A DNA stretch of 64,000 nucleotides from a virus (Duplodnaviria > Caudoviricetes), in the IMG/VR virus record IMGVR_UViG_3300021387_001709, positions 32,001 through 96,000 of that record. The stretch is one strand, 5' to 3'. Made by a program: the position numbers and the translations under genes. Below are positions 9,181 through 19,905 of this stretch, one piece after another. A model generated the notes under the pieces. That model ran no database searches, had not been told where the DNA came from, and saw only the letters and a program-made list of their open reading frames with translations. Position 1 is the stretch's first letter, and each line of letters opens with the position of its first letter.

Positions 9181-10383
9181 TTGCGCTTGCTTGCATCTGA
9201 TGCTACTATAGATACATCATATATCCAATCTCAGATTGATGAGATGAATAGAAGAAAGATGTATCTAAGCAATCACAAGTATGCAATTACGCAAAACAAA
9301 GATGGGAAGTGGTACACGTATTTGCCCGATCCCGTTAAGGGCAGAAAATTATATAAAAGAAGTTCGAGAAAAGAATTGGAAGATATTATAGTAGAATGCT
9401 ATAAAAATCTGGAGTCGCTAGGCTCAACGTTCGAAGAAGTGTATTTTCAGTGGAGAGAATATAAAGACAAGATGGTGTCCGATAATACGGCTGTCAGATA
9501 TGATACTGATTATGCCAGATGTCTGGAAGGTACGGACTTTGTGCATACGCCAATTTCGGTTATTACCGAAGATGACATATTGGTATTTATAAAACAGCAA
9601 ATAGAACGCCTAAAGTTACCGAAGAAAGCAGCCAAGATGTTATTCGGTTACATTCACAACACTTTGTTGTTCGCTTGCCGCCACAAGATGATTGACGAAG
9701 ATGTTATGAGGTTTATGAAACCTGGAGAATTTTATGAGTATTGTACTGTATCTAAACGATCACAAAAAGCCCAAACTATCAGCGATGAGGATAATGCCAA
9801 ACTTCAGGCACTGCTGAAGGATGACATACAAAACAATCCGACTTATATCCCTCCATATGCCGTGGTATTATCTTCGCTAACCGGAATGAGGGTCGGTGAA
9901 CTGGCAGCGTTAACTTGGGACTGCGTGTTTGAAGATCGTTTATTAATTAACAAATCAGAGAAGTATAATCGCAAGACCAAGACCTACTCCATTGAAGGTA
10001 CTAAGAATGGCAAATCTAGGGTATTTCCAATGACAAAAGAAATAAAAGAACTTCTTTATAACCTCAAGAAGGTCGAAACTGCCAATGGGTTCTTGAGTGA
10101 ATTTGTATTCTCGGGAGAATCCGGACGAATTCATACAAATGTAATAAGTAGCTGCATTAAGAACAAATGCCGGACTTTAGGTATTACAGAACGAGGAATC
10201 CACGCATACCGTAAAACACTGAACTCCAAAATGAGATGTAGCGGTGTCTCGGCAACGGTTGCGGCGAGTTTACTCGGTCACTCACCAGAAGTCAACGAGC
10301 AGTATTACACGTATGATGTGGCGGACTTCTCGACCAAAACAAGTATCATTTCCGAACTAAATAAGAAGGTTATGGGGGAATAA
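9181..10383 (+). CDS. int: Tyrosine integrase
   Basis: TGMRVGELAAL, TKNGK, HAYRKT, LLGHS, YY catalytic motifs; exact start uncertain (TTG 9181 or ATG 9244). Confidence 0.95.
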   Translation: MRLLASDATIDTSYIQSQIDEMNRRKMYLSNHKYAITQNKDGKWYTYLPDPVKGRKLYKRSSRKELEDIIVECYKNLESLGSTFEEVYFQWREYKDKMVSDNTAVRYDTDYARCLEGTDFVHTPISVITEDDILVFIKQQIERLKLPKKAAKMLFGYIHNTLLFACRHKMIDEDVMRFMKPGEFYEYCTVSKRSQKAQTISDEDNAKLQALLKDDIQNNPTYIPPYAVVLSSLTGMRVGELAALTWDCVFEDRLLINKSEKYNRKTKTYSIEGTKNGKSRVFPMTKEIKELLYNLKKVETANGFLSEFVFSGESGRIHTNVISSCIKNKCRTLGITERGIHAYRKTLNSKMRCSGVSATVAASLLGHSPEVNEQYYTYDVADFSTKTSIISELNKKVMGE

Positions 10384-10407
10384 CGGGAATTATTTTTCCC
10401 CCATTTT
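10373..10407 (+). terminator. Possible intrinsic terminator after the integrase
   Basis: TGGGGGAA...TTCCCCCA stem followed by TTTT. Confidence 0.45.
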
Positions 10408-10448
10408 ACCCCAAATTTTGTTACCTTTTGTTACCTGAAAGGTTTCGC

Positions 10449-10477
10449 TTGACAACTATCAAAAAAAGTGCTATTAT
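10449..10477 (+). promoter_or_regulatory. Sigma70/SigA promoter aimed into the tRNA fragment
   Basis: TTGACA-17 nt-TATTAT with extended -10 TG. Confidence 0.8.
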
Positions 10478-10523
10478 GCAAAATGTCCAAAGCCCAGTAA
10501 ATACAAGGGTTTGAGGAATATTT

Positions 10524-10569
10524 CGGGGTATGGCGTAGCTTGGTAGCGCGCTCGGCTGGGGGCCGAGAG
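10524..10569 (+). tRNA. 5' fragment of tRNA-Pro(GGG) (att core; no T-arm or 3' acceptor)
   Basis: CGGGGTA-TG-GCGT AGCTTGGTA GCGC-G-CTCGG CTGGGGG CCGAG-AG: acceptor 5' strand, D arm, anticodon arm, then divergence (no GTTCRA). Confidence 0.85.
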
Positions 10570-10733
10570 TCCTTCCCGAAACAGTTTCAAAAACGCTCAA
10601 ACCTCAGTAAAATCAAGGGCTGGCGCTCATTTTTGATACGGCACAAATTTGTTACATTTGTTACCTCGCTTCAGAAAGGCAAGAATTGGATATATGATGA
10701 AAGTTGTTTGTGCAATCTGTACAAACAAATCGT

Positions 10734-10765
10734 AAAAAAAGGGGACACCGATTTGGTATCCCCTT
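10734..10765 (-). terminator. Intrinsic terminator ending the late (- strand) operon
   Basis: AAGGGGACACC...GGTATCCCCTT stem with A7 run (U-tract on the - strand). Confidence 0.75.
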
Positions 10766-10776
10766 AAATTATTTAG

Positions 10777-10947
10777 TTACATGTTGTTATCTTGTTGCGA
10801 TTTGTCATTATTTTGTCCAATTACGGGTAATTCCCATACCCTCATTTCTTGGAATTCAATTATCTTCTTTAAGTCCGGGATTTCCGGAGTCGATTTCGTT
10901 GCTCTTTGGATTTTGCCCCAGTTGAGCAGCAGTCTCCATTTATCCAT
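10777..10947 (-). CDS. Small hypothetical protein (56 aa)
   Basis: ATG overlapping the holin end; open to TAA just before the terminator. Confidence 0.35.
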   Translation of the reverse strand: MDKWRLLLNWGKIQRATKSTPEIPDLKKIIEFQEMRVWELPVIGQNNDKSQQDNNM

Positions 10948-11380
10948 TAGCTTCACCGGGGCTTGTAATTACCTGAGTAGAAGCAATAACTTCCTCAGTA
11001 GTCTCCGGTTTATTGTTCTCTTTAACAATCTTTCTCAGCGTTTTAAGGCTTTCATTGATTTGTTCATCAATAAAAGCTATTATTTCTTCCTGGTTTATAG
11101 CCCTCGAAAGCACTGGGTACTTTTCGTATATAGTCTGTATAGTCTATGCGCGCTTCACCGCCCCGGCTTCGTTCCACTGGTCAAAGTCAATCTCTGCCTG
11201 AGTAATCATTCTCAGCATAGTCTCTCTAATTTGCTTCTTAGCAATCTCAATTTTCTCCTCGTCTGATTTGCCGAGAAATGCTTTTACCTTTTGGATGATT
11301 CCGATAATCAGTCCAATATAGACCAATATCTCAACATAATGTTCATTAATAAATCGTAAGAAATTCTCTAATCCTTTCAT
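10940..11380 (-). CDS. Putative holin (LL-H-like), TAG=Gln
   Basis: N-terminal TM, AE..F...G.VKRA(Q) motif; reads through TAG at 11144 to TAA at 10940; AAGGAGG RBS. Confidence 0.7.
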
Positions 11381-11395
11381 ACATTATCCTCCTTA

Positions 11396-11647
11396 TTATC
11401 CTACTCCCGGTGGTAATTCATCATTTGTACCGTCATAGTTATTTTTTATTTTTGTTCCTTTAATATAGCCCAATATCCCAAATTCACCCAGTCCCGCTGC
11501 AAATACTGCGGCTATTAAAGAACTTGGTTCCATTAATCCACGCTCGACAATATCCAATATTCGAAGTGTGAATAAAATAAGCAGAATTGCAACCAGAATT
11601 ACCATCACATTCGAAAACTTAATTTTCTTCTTAATCTTATTAAACAC
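11396..11647 (-). CDS. Two-TM membrane protein (holin/lysis accessory)
   Basis: Two hydrophobic helices; lysis-cassette position. Confidence 0.6.
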   Translation of the reverse strand: MFNKIKKKIKFSNVMVILVAILLILFTLRILDIVERGLMEPSSLIAAVFAAGLGEFGILGYIKGTKIKNNYDGTNDELPPGVG

Positions 11648-11660
11648 TCACATCACTTCC

Positions 11661-12230
11661 TTATACTGGGAATCCATCGCGCATCCCCTCTTCATATTTT
11701 TCATTTATTAATTTCATAGCCATTGTTACGCGACCATTCTCCATTCCATTTTCTTGAAGTAATCCCTCATAAGATGAATAAACGTCCTCAATATGGTTAT
11801 ATGCTTCTATATCATATTTTCTGCCGTTTCTTACAGCATTTGCGAAATCTAATATATTCCATCTGATACTTTCTATCTCACGCTTATTATCTTCAAATTC
11901 TTTCTTTGTAATTTGTTCTTGTAATTTGTTAATAGCTTCCATTACTTGTGTCTAAGAATCTTCCATCCGCTAATTAAACTATTTGCGAGCTTCGCGAAAT
12001 TCTGCTTGTGCTTCTTTCATCTGATCCATTTCGTCCTTTAAACACGCTATATTTTCTTTCATTAAACGCCGTGATCTCATTGTTTTCGTCTCTATGCCCG
12101 TAATTTCTTGAATTTTCTTGACCAGCATATATACTGCCACCCCAACGGATGCAAGAACGACTAGAGAAATTACTAACGCACGTAAATCCAAGGATAGCGC
12201 ATATTCTAACATTTCAGCTTGTTCGGGCAT
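11661..12230 (-). CDS. Membrane-anchored coiled-coil lysis-cassette protein, TAG=Gln
   Basis: Joins track ORFs 11979-12239 and 11661-11942 in one frame through 3 TAGs; N-terminal TM; RW.ILDFAN...NG.V motif. Confidence 0.7.
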
Positions 12231-12245
12231 TAGTCTCACCTCCTC

Positions 12246-13874
12246 TCAACTAACTCTAGCAATATACTACGCAGCTACAAAACCATAAATATGTGAATTA
12301 ACACATATGTACAGCCATTCTGAACCATCGAGAGCAGTGACCTTATCACAAACCTCGACCTCATATCCTTTTTCTAACTGAGGCCATGCCACAATATTAG
12401 CATAAGAATACCCCGGACCAGACCTCACGTTAAGATTATTATCAATTGATTTACCGATGTACTGGACGGTTTTGGTGACAGTATATGTTCCATCGGCTCG
12501 CTGTTTGTTAATTGTCGGAGTTGTTGCAGCCGAAATTGGTTTAGCCGAAGTTGGTTTCGGTGAAGTTGGTTTGGTTGTTGTAGAAGTAGCTTGTTTCGCA
12601 TCGCTTCTTTCTTTAACTAGCTAATTAATTTTCTTCAGCGTTTTAGCACCGACAACACCATCAGCTTCAAGATTATATTTCTTCTGGAACTCAACAACGG
12701 CATTGTAAGTACGTTCGCCAAATTCGCCGTCTTCATCGAGGTGAGCATTCATCAGCCAGTTAAGCTTTTTCTGTATATTCTTAACCGCATCGCCGACATC
12801 TCCATACTGAATGTCGGAAGAAGATGTTGACGCGGTAGTTGTCGCGGTACCATTCCCGACGTATCGAAGTACTGCATTCCACGGATAGTTCCGGTAATCA
12901 CGAATGAGGATTTCTCGCCCGGTTTGATCGCCGGGTTGTCCGCCGGTTGCTTTTCCGAGTTCATTCACACTGGCTTCGACTTCTTTGCCGGCTCCGCAAT
13001 ACATAGCGACATGATGTACATGGTTAAGAAGAACATCTCCGCGCTACATACCGTTCCCCGTATTGAGATTGACGGTGCCGGTAACATCCTTAAAACCGTA
13101 CTTGATAAATGCCTAGTACATGTCGCCGGTATATGTAGCGCCACCTTTGGATTTGACCGGTACTCCGGCTTGCTCCCAGGCGGTAATCGTTAAGCTCGAA
13201 CAATCGTAATCCCCGCGCTCATTCCAACGATATGCCTGATCGTAACCGTGAGACGCATCTTTTGCTACTTTCTCCATAAATGAGATTGCTGATTCAATAA
13301 TTGCAGCTACATTGGAAGAACTCGATTGAGTAGTAGTTGTTGCGGATACGGGAGTTTCGGTATTCGCTGGTTTGCTAATATAGCCAAAAGCATCTGTATA
13401 TCCCGAAGCTCCATCCGGAAAACAAAAGAATGTCCAAGACGAACCATAGACATTCTTTACTTTGGTAACATCTTTTTTATACTTACTCCGATCTGTTGGA
13501 GTAAAACTAACTCCATTGTTGCTTGCACTTGCGATGTCTGATAAACAATCATATTCGTCCACGTAGGACGGGAGACTACGATTACCGTTGAGAATAACGT
13601 CCCTCACCGCATTAATTACAGACTGCGGAGCATAATTACCATTGATATACGGTTTATTAAATGATTCCGTTCCATACCAACCGGATTTCACCGTACAATC
13701 AAATGGGTTACTGTATTTCTTAGTTTGATACCGTTCATAATAGTTCAGCATATGTGACGCACATGCTCTTACTCCGGCATCATTGGAACCCTACTCGCGG
13801 TAACATATATTTGCCAGACCGCGAATTTGGGATTCTGTAAGGTTATATGATTTTCCTTTGTAAACTTCTGACAT
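12246..13874 (-). CDS. Modular endolysin: Hydrolase_2/SleB-like + NlpC/P60 + PG_binding_1 + SH3b (542 aa), TAG=Gln
   Basis: LANICYRE(Q)G...A.HMLN; GYDQ..R...DYDCSS...HVAMY; DGEFG..T..AV..FQK...L.ADGVVG..T; LNVRSGPG; one frame with ~5 TAGs, ends TGA. Confidence 0.88.
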
Positions 13875-13891
13875 TGGTTATCACCTACCTT

Positions 13892-16800
13892 TTAATTATC
13901 TGGAATCTGTCCAATATTTAATAAATATATACCGGGAGTACCACCGCTACTTGTTACTTTTACGCTCGTGGATGTTACAGTAATTGTCAAATTTGGGGCT
14001 TTCACTAAAGTGCTGCATGACTAATCATCCGGTCTTATAATAAATAACCCTCTGGCATTGCTATCGACGTTAGAAGCACCATGAGAACATATTAACAAAT
14101 AAACATTAGGAGAACTAATAGATGCAGCCGTATTAATTTTAAGCTTGGTGAAAAATGGAACATACCTTGAATCATGATTATGACTTGAAGATGCATAATT
14201 GCTATGAGTATGTCCCGCCGTGGCAAAATAAGAATCTGCTTTATATGCCGCCGAATTAAGTCCATGTACTTTAACAGATTTTCCGGCAATTGTAATATAT
14301 CCGTTGGTGTCTGATTCGACTACACTTATAGCATGTTTATGATCTCCTCTGGCATAATTAGGAGAACTCCCCGCAGATCCGCTTGTCCCAATAGCTTGTG
14401 GGATAGAAGTATATGGATCTATTATAGTGCCACCTCCACTACTACTACTATTCATAGCCTTCTCTAAGCATTGCCCCAAATTATATAATTTAACACCTGA
14501 ACTTGTTTCAGAGTGTGCTTTTACGTATACTCTGGTGGAAGTAGGGCTTGTTAATAAACACGCACTTGCCGATGTTCCATAACGTATCCAATTATTTAAG
14601 CTTGAATCTGATGAATCGCTTGGAATGTCATATTCCATAGCGCTTTTTACTGAAACAGCCGTGGCCGTTGCAGTTGACGATGATGAGTCTTGATATGTAA
14701 CGTTATAACCTCTGCTATAATTATCTAGTCTTATATTTCCACTTGTACTAATATCTGAACTAACCCTCAAGAAACCATTCATCCTAATATCTCCGGATCC
14801 GCTGGAGTCATAAATCTCTAATAACTCTTTGTTAGTTGATCCGCTCCTTACAATAAAACTATATGTTTCTATAGACACCGAATCAGCGATATTATAATCC
14901 CCACTTGGGTTCATTGTGCCATGTATTCGTATATTTTTTGCATATAACTCAGCTAAATTAGTGCCGCCATCTACCGGAACTCTTTCGAAACGCACTCCCA
15001 GTTCCGGACGAGGGTCTTTCCAATAAAACGTATCATTATTCAAATTTGCGAATATCATCCCAAAACCAACAGCTCTATGATTTGTCACAGAACCAGTAGA
15101 TTTATTTGCTCCGGCTCTAATAATTTCAAAATCTTCGCCGATTGTAGCCCCATCGTCAATCGGATCACCATGAATTTTATAACTCCTATAAGCTTTAAAA
15201 TCTTTTGCATATGCGGTACCCATATACGTCTAACCGCCGGCTGTTACGCCGAATCCCGGGCCAATGGCAAATCTTAAATTGCTCTGACTTTCGCCCCCTA
15301 TTTCACGGGCAAATACGGTTGAAGATAACCGTATATCTCCATAGGCCGGAGTAGAAGACGGGTTCTTATCCCCAGTAAATATCGAGTCGCCATCAATGGT
15401 AAACCCTCCAATTTTACCGCCGGTAGCTTTAATACTAGTGGTATATAAATCACCGCTTGTTGTAACGCCAAAAGTACTTCCGGCAGTTATTGCCCAGCCA
15501 CTGATAGATTCAGAACCGGCAATCCTCGCACTGCCTGCTGACCCATTCGGAATTAAATACACACCGCCGCTCGCTCCGAATGTACCTTTATATAAACTAG
15601 TAGAATTAATCATCCAGCCGCCAATATTACCGCCTGTTGCCTAGAGAGCGTGAGCGTAGACAACGCCCGTATTGCTTACTGCAAAATTATCGCCTATAGC
15701 AAATCTTAGCCCGGTGGTATTAGATGAGTCACCCGACAATTTTCTCGAAAAATCGTTCGTAGATAATGCCACAGCGCCGGAAGTAACTGCCCCAACAGCA
15801 GATCCACTGTAAATAGCAGTGCTATTGATTGTAAATCCGCCGATTTTACCACCCGTAGCGGTAATAGTTCCCTAGATATTAGCGGAATCAGCGTATAGCG
15901 CACCGTTAGTAGTAACTCCAAAACTGTCCCCTGCGGTAATAGCCCAACCACTAATACTACCTGAGCCGGCGATAGAAGCGGTACTTGATGAACCTCCGGG
16001 GATTAAGAATATACCGCTACTACCGAGTACCGCAGTGTTTCCACTATATAATTTGTCAGATGCGATTATCCAGTTACCAATTTTCCCCGCCGTGGAATAT
16101 ACTCTACCTACGTTATCTACGCCAAAGCTGTCATCTATAGCAATAGTCCATGTATTACCGGTACTGCCCCCGATTGTGACGTCCGCTTTACGATAACCGG
16201 TAGGACTCAAAATCATACTGTTAGTTTGTGCCAAATCTTTATACTTGATGTAGTTACCGGTTATATCCCAACCGGCAATTTTTCCGTAAGTTACATATAA
16301 ACCGCCATCAATATTAACGCCAAAAGTATTGCGAGAAGTAATTACCCATCCCGATTTATTAGCCGCAGAACCGCCAATAGCAGCCTGTCCGTTGTTAGCC
16401 ATGGTGCTGCCGGAGCCGCCTGGGATAAGAAATACACTCCCATTATCTGGGTCTGCAAAATTACCTTTTGATAAATGGCTGGCTGATATTTCCCAGCCTC
16501 CTATTATCCCTGCATCGGCAACGATATAACCTTCAAGCCACGCATTACCTTTAGTATAGAAGCCCCATTGATAATTTAATGTAGTATCAGTTCCGGTGGT
16601 TTTATTCCTATATTTTAGATTTCCAAGGTTACCCATTCTGGCAACGGGGTTCGCATCAGTACCGCCATAAACATCAACGTAAGATAATCTATTTTCTCCA
16701 TAAGAAGTCAATACTAAACCAATAGGGTATAAATAATCCCCGGATTTTACCTTATATAGCATTATGGCAAAATCTTTTAATTCGGCAGCCGGATATGTCA

Positions 16801-17557
16801 CACCCTAAGTCAATCTGTTTGCGTTGGCAATTATTGCAGTGATTTGCATTGTATGAGTAGATAAGTTGACTTTTGTCATTGTACCGTCACTTGCACCCAA
16901 CACACATGTGTCAATTGCCCCGCTAAGTTTAACTTTAGAACCGTTTCTCCAATTAGCACCTCCGGCAGTCCAATAATCCTAAACCGTAGAAGACCCGGTG
17001 GTATCTTTGATATTCGGATCGTATACGGTTAAAGTGACAGTAGTCCCACTTATACTAATAATAGTTACTGTGGTTTCTGTGCCACCGTAAACCGTGGGAG
17101 CCACCAATAATGTCCCTCCGAGATTCTAGATTGTCATGTGCTCGGCAACAGTAGACCATCGAAGACCACCAATAATATCTACATCTCCATCTATCCGTAC
17201 TTTATCTCCGAAATTGGAGGTGCTGTTTACTACAAGCTACCTCAACGTTGTCGTACCGGAAGTGACATCTAAGTTCGGATAAATTTTGAGAACTCCGGAC
17301 GAACTTTCGTAAATTTGGCTTGTAATAGCTGATTTGGTCGTATCATAATGAAAATTAATAGTGTGATTCGGGCTTTTTATGTCTAGGTTATATTTTATAT
17401 CAACTTCACCATTAAACGTCGAACCCCCAGACACGGTTAATGTTTCCGCCGCCAAATCGCTCATTGTCGTAGTTCCGCCGACTTCAATATCTGAAAAGTA
17501 CGCTTTTTGCAAAAAACGCGAAGCACCGTTAACAACTAAATTCTTTAAAATAGCCAT
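13892..17557 (-). CDS. Large tail fibre/spike protein (1221 aa), TAG=Gln
   Basis: Track ORFs 17237-17557, 15872-16801, 15230-15613 and 14021-15223 share one frame and end at TAG; repeated GG.IGGW.I...FGV...G.LY modules; ends TAA. Confidence 0.8.
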
Positions 17558-17590
17558 ATAATCCCCCTTTCTCCTTTAGGAGAGGGGAAA

Positions 17591-18091
17591 TTATTCCCGC
17601 TCTCCAAGAATTGCGTCAATCATATTAAGCGTATCGAAGCCGACGCTTTCATCGATAGAATCAATATACTCATCGATATTGATACCATTATATTCATAGG
17701 TGTTCTGCTCTTTAAGGATGTCCTCTATTTTAGAATTAAATTCCTTAATCACGTTCTGGTACTCCTCAAGATACTCTTCTTTAACCTGAAGACCATCTTT
17801 CATAATTTCATTTCCGTCATCATCAACCACAGGATTACCTGAGTCGTCAAGTTCCGGGATTAATGTTTTGTCTGCATGAGTCTCGTCAAAGTATACATCA
17901 CGAATTTTCTGAAGTTCTCCTTCTCTAAACTCCTCATATGATTTAACATCATCTCTCATTTTTTCGATGGCACGTTTCAGATTCCACTTAATTTTGAGCG
18001 GAAGTTTGTCCATAGTTTCTTTATCATTAATAAGCTGATTATAAAATGCTACACAGTTGACGGCCTCAAGTACATACAAATTCTTCTTCAT
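17591..18091 (-). CDS. Hypothetical acidic protein (tail-fibre associated)
   Basis: AAGGAGA RBS, intact ORF with no TAG. Confidence 0.75.
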   Translation of the reverse strand: MKKNLYVLEAVNCVAFYNQLINDKETMDKLPLKIKWNLKRAIEKMRDDVKSYEEFREGELQKIRDVYFDETHADKTLIPELDDSGNPVVDDDGNEIMKDGLQVKEEYLEEYQNVIKEFNSKIEDILKEQNTYEYNGINIDEYIDSIDESVGFDTLNMIDAILGERE

Positions 18092-18181
18092 AATATTATT
18101 CTCCTTTTCTTCATAAATCTACATTCAAATTAATAAATATACACTGCTTATGCATAATTATACATAAACCATGTTTTGTCT

Positions 18182-19042
18182 TTATTCAGTTGCATCATCG
18201 TCTCCATAGACGATATTCATAAATTCATCGATAGCAGCACTACCGTCACCGCCGCCTTGCCCTGGAGTAGTTCCGATGTGCGGAAGATTTGCGATTGCCG
18301 CGCTATAAAGTTCGGTATATTTTTCGCTAGTCGCAGAATCAAAATCCATAGCAAAAGAATAACCAGCAACTTCATCCTTGGTAGTAGCACCGGTAATCAA
18401 TTCTTTTACCAGAGTAAGTCGGATATTGTTAGCGTTAACAAACTGCTGCATAGCAAGATATACCTTCATAAAATCATCAACCGAGTAGTTAACTCCGTTA
18501 TATGGTACGGTCGTGATTTCTCCGTCGCTGGAGATAATCACATTGTACAGATTCATAATAGCCATCTGGGCATCTGGACTCATTGAAAACAGTTTGCTTC
18601 CGTCCGATAATTCTATGTGTGTGCCAATTGTAATAGTATCAAGATAATCAGCATCAGCACGTTTAAGATAGTAGTTCTTAACCTCGGTAAGTGTCATGGT
18701 GTCGGGATCGACTACCGGATTGAGCTGGCGACTAATTCGTTCAACTTCTTCAACGATGTTAGCTTTTGTCAGAGTGACCGCCATAGTCTCGGCAAATTTG
18801 CCTTCGCTTTCGACAAATGTGCGTCCTAGGTAAGTAATTTGGTCAAAACCCGTAAAACAGGTGTACGTAGCTGCAGGTATTCCTTGATTTAAAATATCCA
18901 ATGAAATGATGTTTTCAAAGGCTGTCTTGACTGTTTCGAAATCGGAACTCTGGACATATAATGTGAGGTCGTTCCTAAATATATTTGCGTCCCAACGGGC
19001 CAGTCTAAATATTGTATCATTAACCTTGACTGTAATAATCAT
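18182..19042 (-). CDS. Hypothetical protein (DUF4376-like tail assembly region)
   Basis: Start MIITVKVND just after the upstream stop; FSMS.DAQ..I motif. Confidence 0.65.
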   Translation of the reverse strand: MIITVKVNDTIFRLARWDANIFRNDLTLYVQSSDFETVKTAFENIISLDILNQGIPAATYTCFTGFDQITYLGRTFVESEGKFAETMAVTLTKANIVEEVERISRQLNPVVDPDTMTLTEVKNYYLKRADADYLDTITIGTHIELSDGSKLFSMSPDAQMAIMNLYNVIISSDGEITTVPYNGVNYSVDDFMKVYLAMQQFVNANNIRLTLVKELITGATTKDEVAGYSFAMDFDSATSEKYTELYSAAIANLPHIGTTPGQGGGDGSAAIDEFMNIVYGDDDATE

Positions 19043-19043
19043 A

Positions 19044-19712
19044 TTATTCCACCACCTTCCAGCCGGCTGGATATGCTGCCGGACTCCATACGTTGTTGTC
19101 AATAAGTGACTCATAAACTGTGCCCTCATAAGTTACCTTGTCACCGGTCATATACGGATTTCCGGCATCCGGCTGTGTCCACTCGGGAATTTCTTCAGTC
19201 GGTTCCGGAGTTGGTTCTGGTTCAGGTTCAGGAGTTGGTTCAGGTTCCGGAGTTGGCTCGTCGCCGCCCTCATCCTCGCTATCAACGACCTCGAAGTAGT
19301 TACCGACTAATGAAGCAGCAGTAGCATAAAGCGGTTGACCGCTGTCTCGGATACACAAATAGAGGATTCCGTCCTCGGTATAATAAAGATCCTTGTACAC
19401 CGTAAGATTTTCATTGTACGGAATCGGGTCATCAATAGCACCGCTATGGATTTCATCAATACGTTCCCACAGAGAAGCAGTAGCAGTGGACGGTTCCCAA
19501 CCGGTCTGAGAAGTATGCGCCTGACGGCACTTCCACAGTTCTACCTCATCCGCCGGCTTATAGCTTACACGCTTACCGACTTCATATGAGGTATCGGGTT
19601 TCCAGCGTTCCACAAATGTTGCCACAGACAATGCTGTCTGATCATCAAGAGTTTCAGTTACATATTCGAGAAGCTTGCGAAGCTCTCTCGCTTTATCCGT
19701 AATATTACTCAT
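19044..19712 (-). CDS. Carbohydrate-binding (CBM5/12, ChiA1-BD-like) repeat protein
   Basis: WKPDTSY..G..V.Y...WKCRQAHTSQ..WEP and WTQP...YM.GDKV.Y.G.VYESLIDNNVWSP..YP.GW modules; PE/PT linker. Confidence 0.85.
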   Translation of the reverse strand: MSNITDKARELRKLLEYVTETLDDQTALSVATFVERWKPDTSYEVGKRVSYKPADEVELWKCRQAHTSQTGWEPSTATASLWERIDEIHSGAIDDPIPYNENLTVYKDLYYTEDGILYLCIRDSGQPLYATAASLVGNYFEVVDSEDEGGDEPTPEPEPTPEPEPEPTPEPTEEIPEWTQPDAGNPYMTGDKVTYEGTVYESLIDNNVWSPAAYPAGWKVVE

Positions 19713-19726
19713 AGTTATTTCCCTCC

Positions 19727-19888
19727 TTAATCTCCATCTTTAAGATTATCTTTAATTTCTGTTAGAATTGCCTAGATGGCTTCTTTAATTTCCAGGTTTT
19801 CAGCTTTGAGATTGTCAATTTCACCATCTATATATTGTTTTGTTCTCTAAAGAGATGTCTGTAATTGATCTAATGTTGCAATTGCCAT
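19727..19888 (-). CDS. Small coiled-coil protein (53 aa), TAG=Gln
   Basis: AAGGTGA RBS, 2 in-frame TAGs, fills the intergenic gap. Confidence 0.55.
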
Positions 19889-19905
19889 TATTACTCACCT
19901 TCCTC

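Larger units (their letters stand above)
10417..10666. other. attP: attP region with arm-type repeats flanking a tRNA-derived core
   Basis: TTTGTTACCT tandem at 10417-10436, TTTGTTACA/TTTGTTACCT at 10648-10666; CAGTAAAwwCAAGGG boxes on both sides of the tRNA fragment; next to int. Confidence 0.8.

Noticed and set aside
10524-10600. Intact tRNA or TAG suppressor tRNA
   Set aside because: Anticodon is GGG (Pro), and the T-arm and 3' acceptor are missing. I saw no CUA-anticodon tRNA in this window.
19200-19260. Short tandem repeats, also at 20710-20940 and 43440-43710, as CRISPR-like arrays
   Set aside because: They are coding repeats (PE/PT linker, TNDS fibre repeats, TMP repeats), with no constant repeat-spacer structure and no cas genes.
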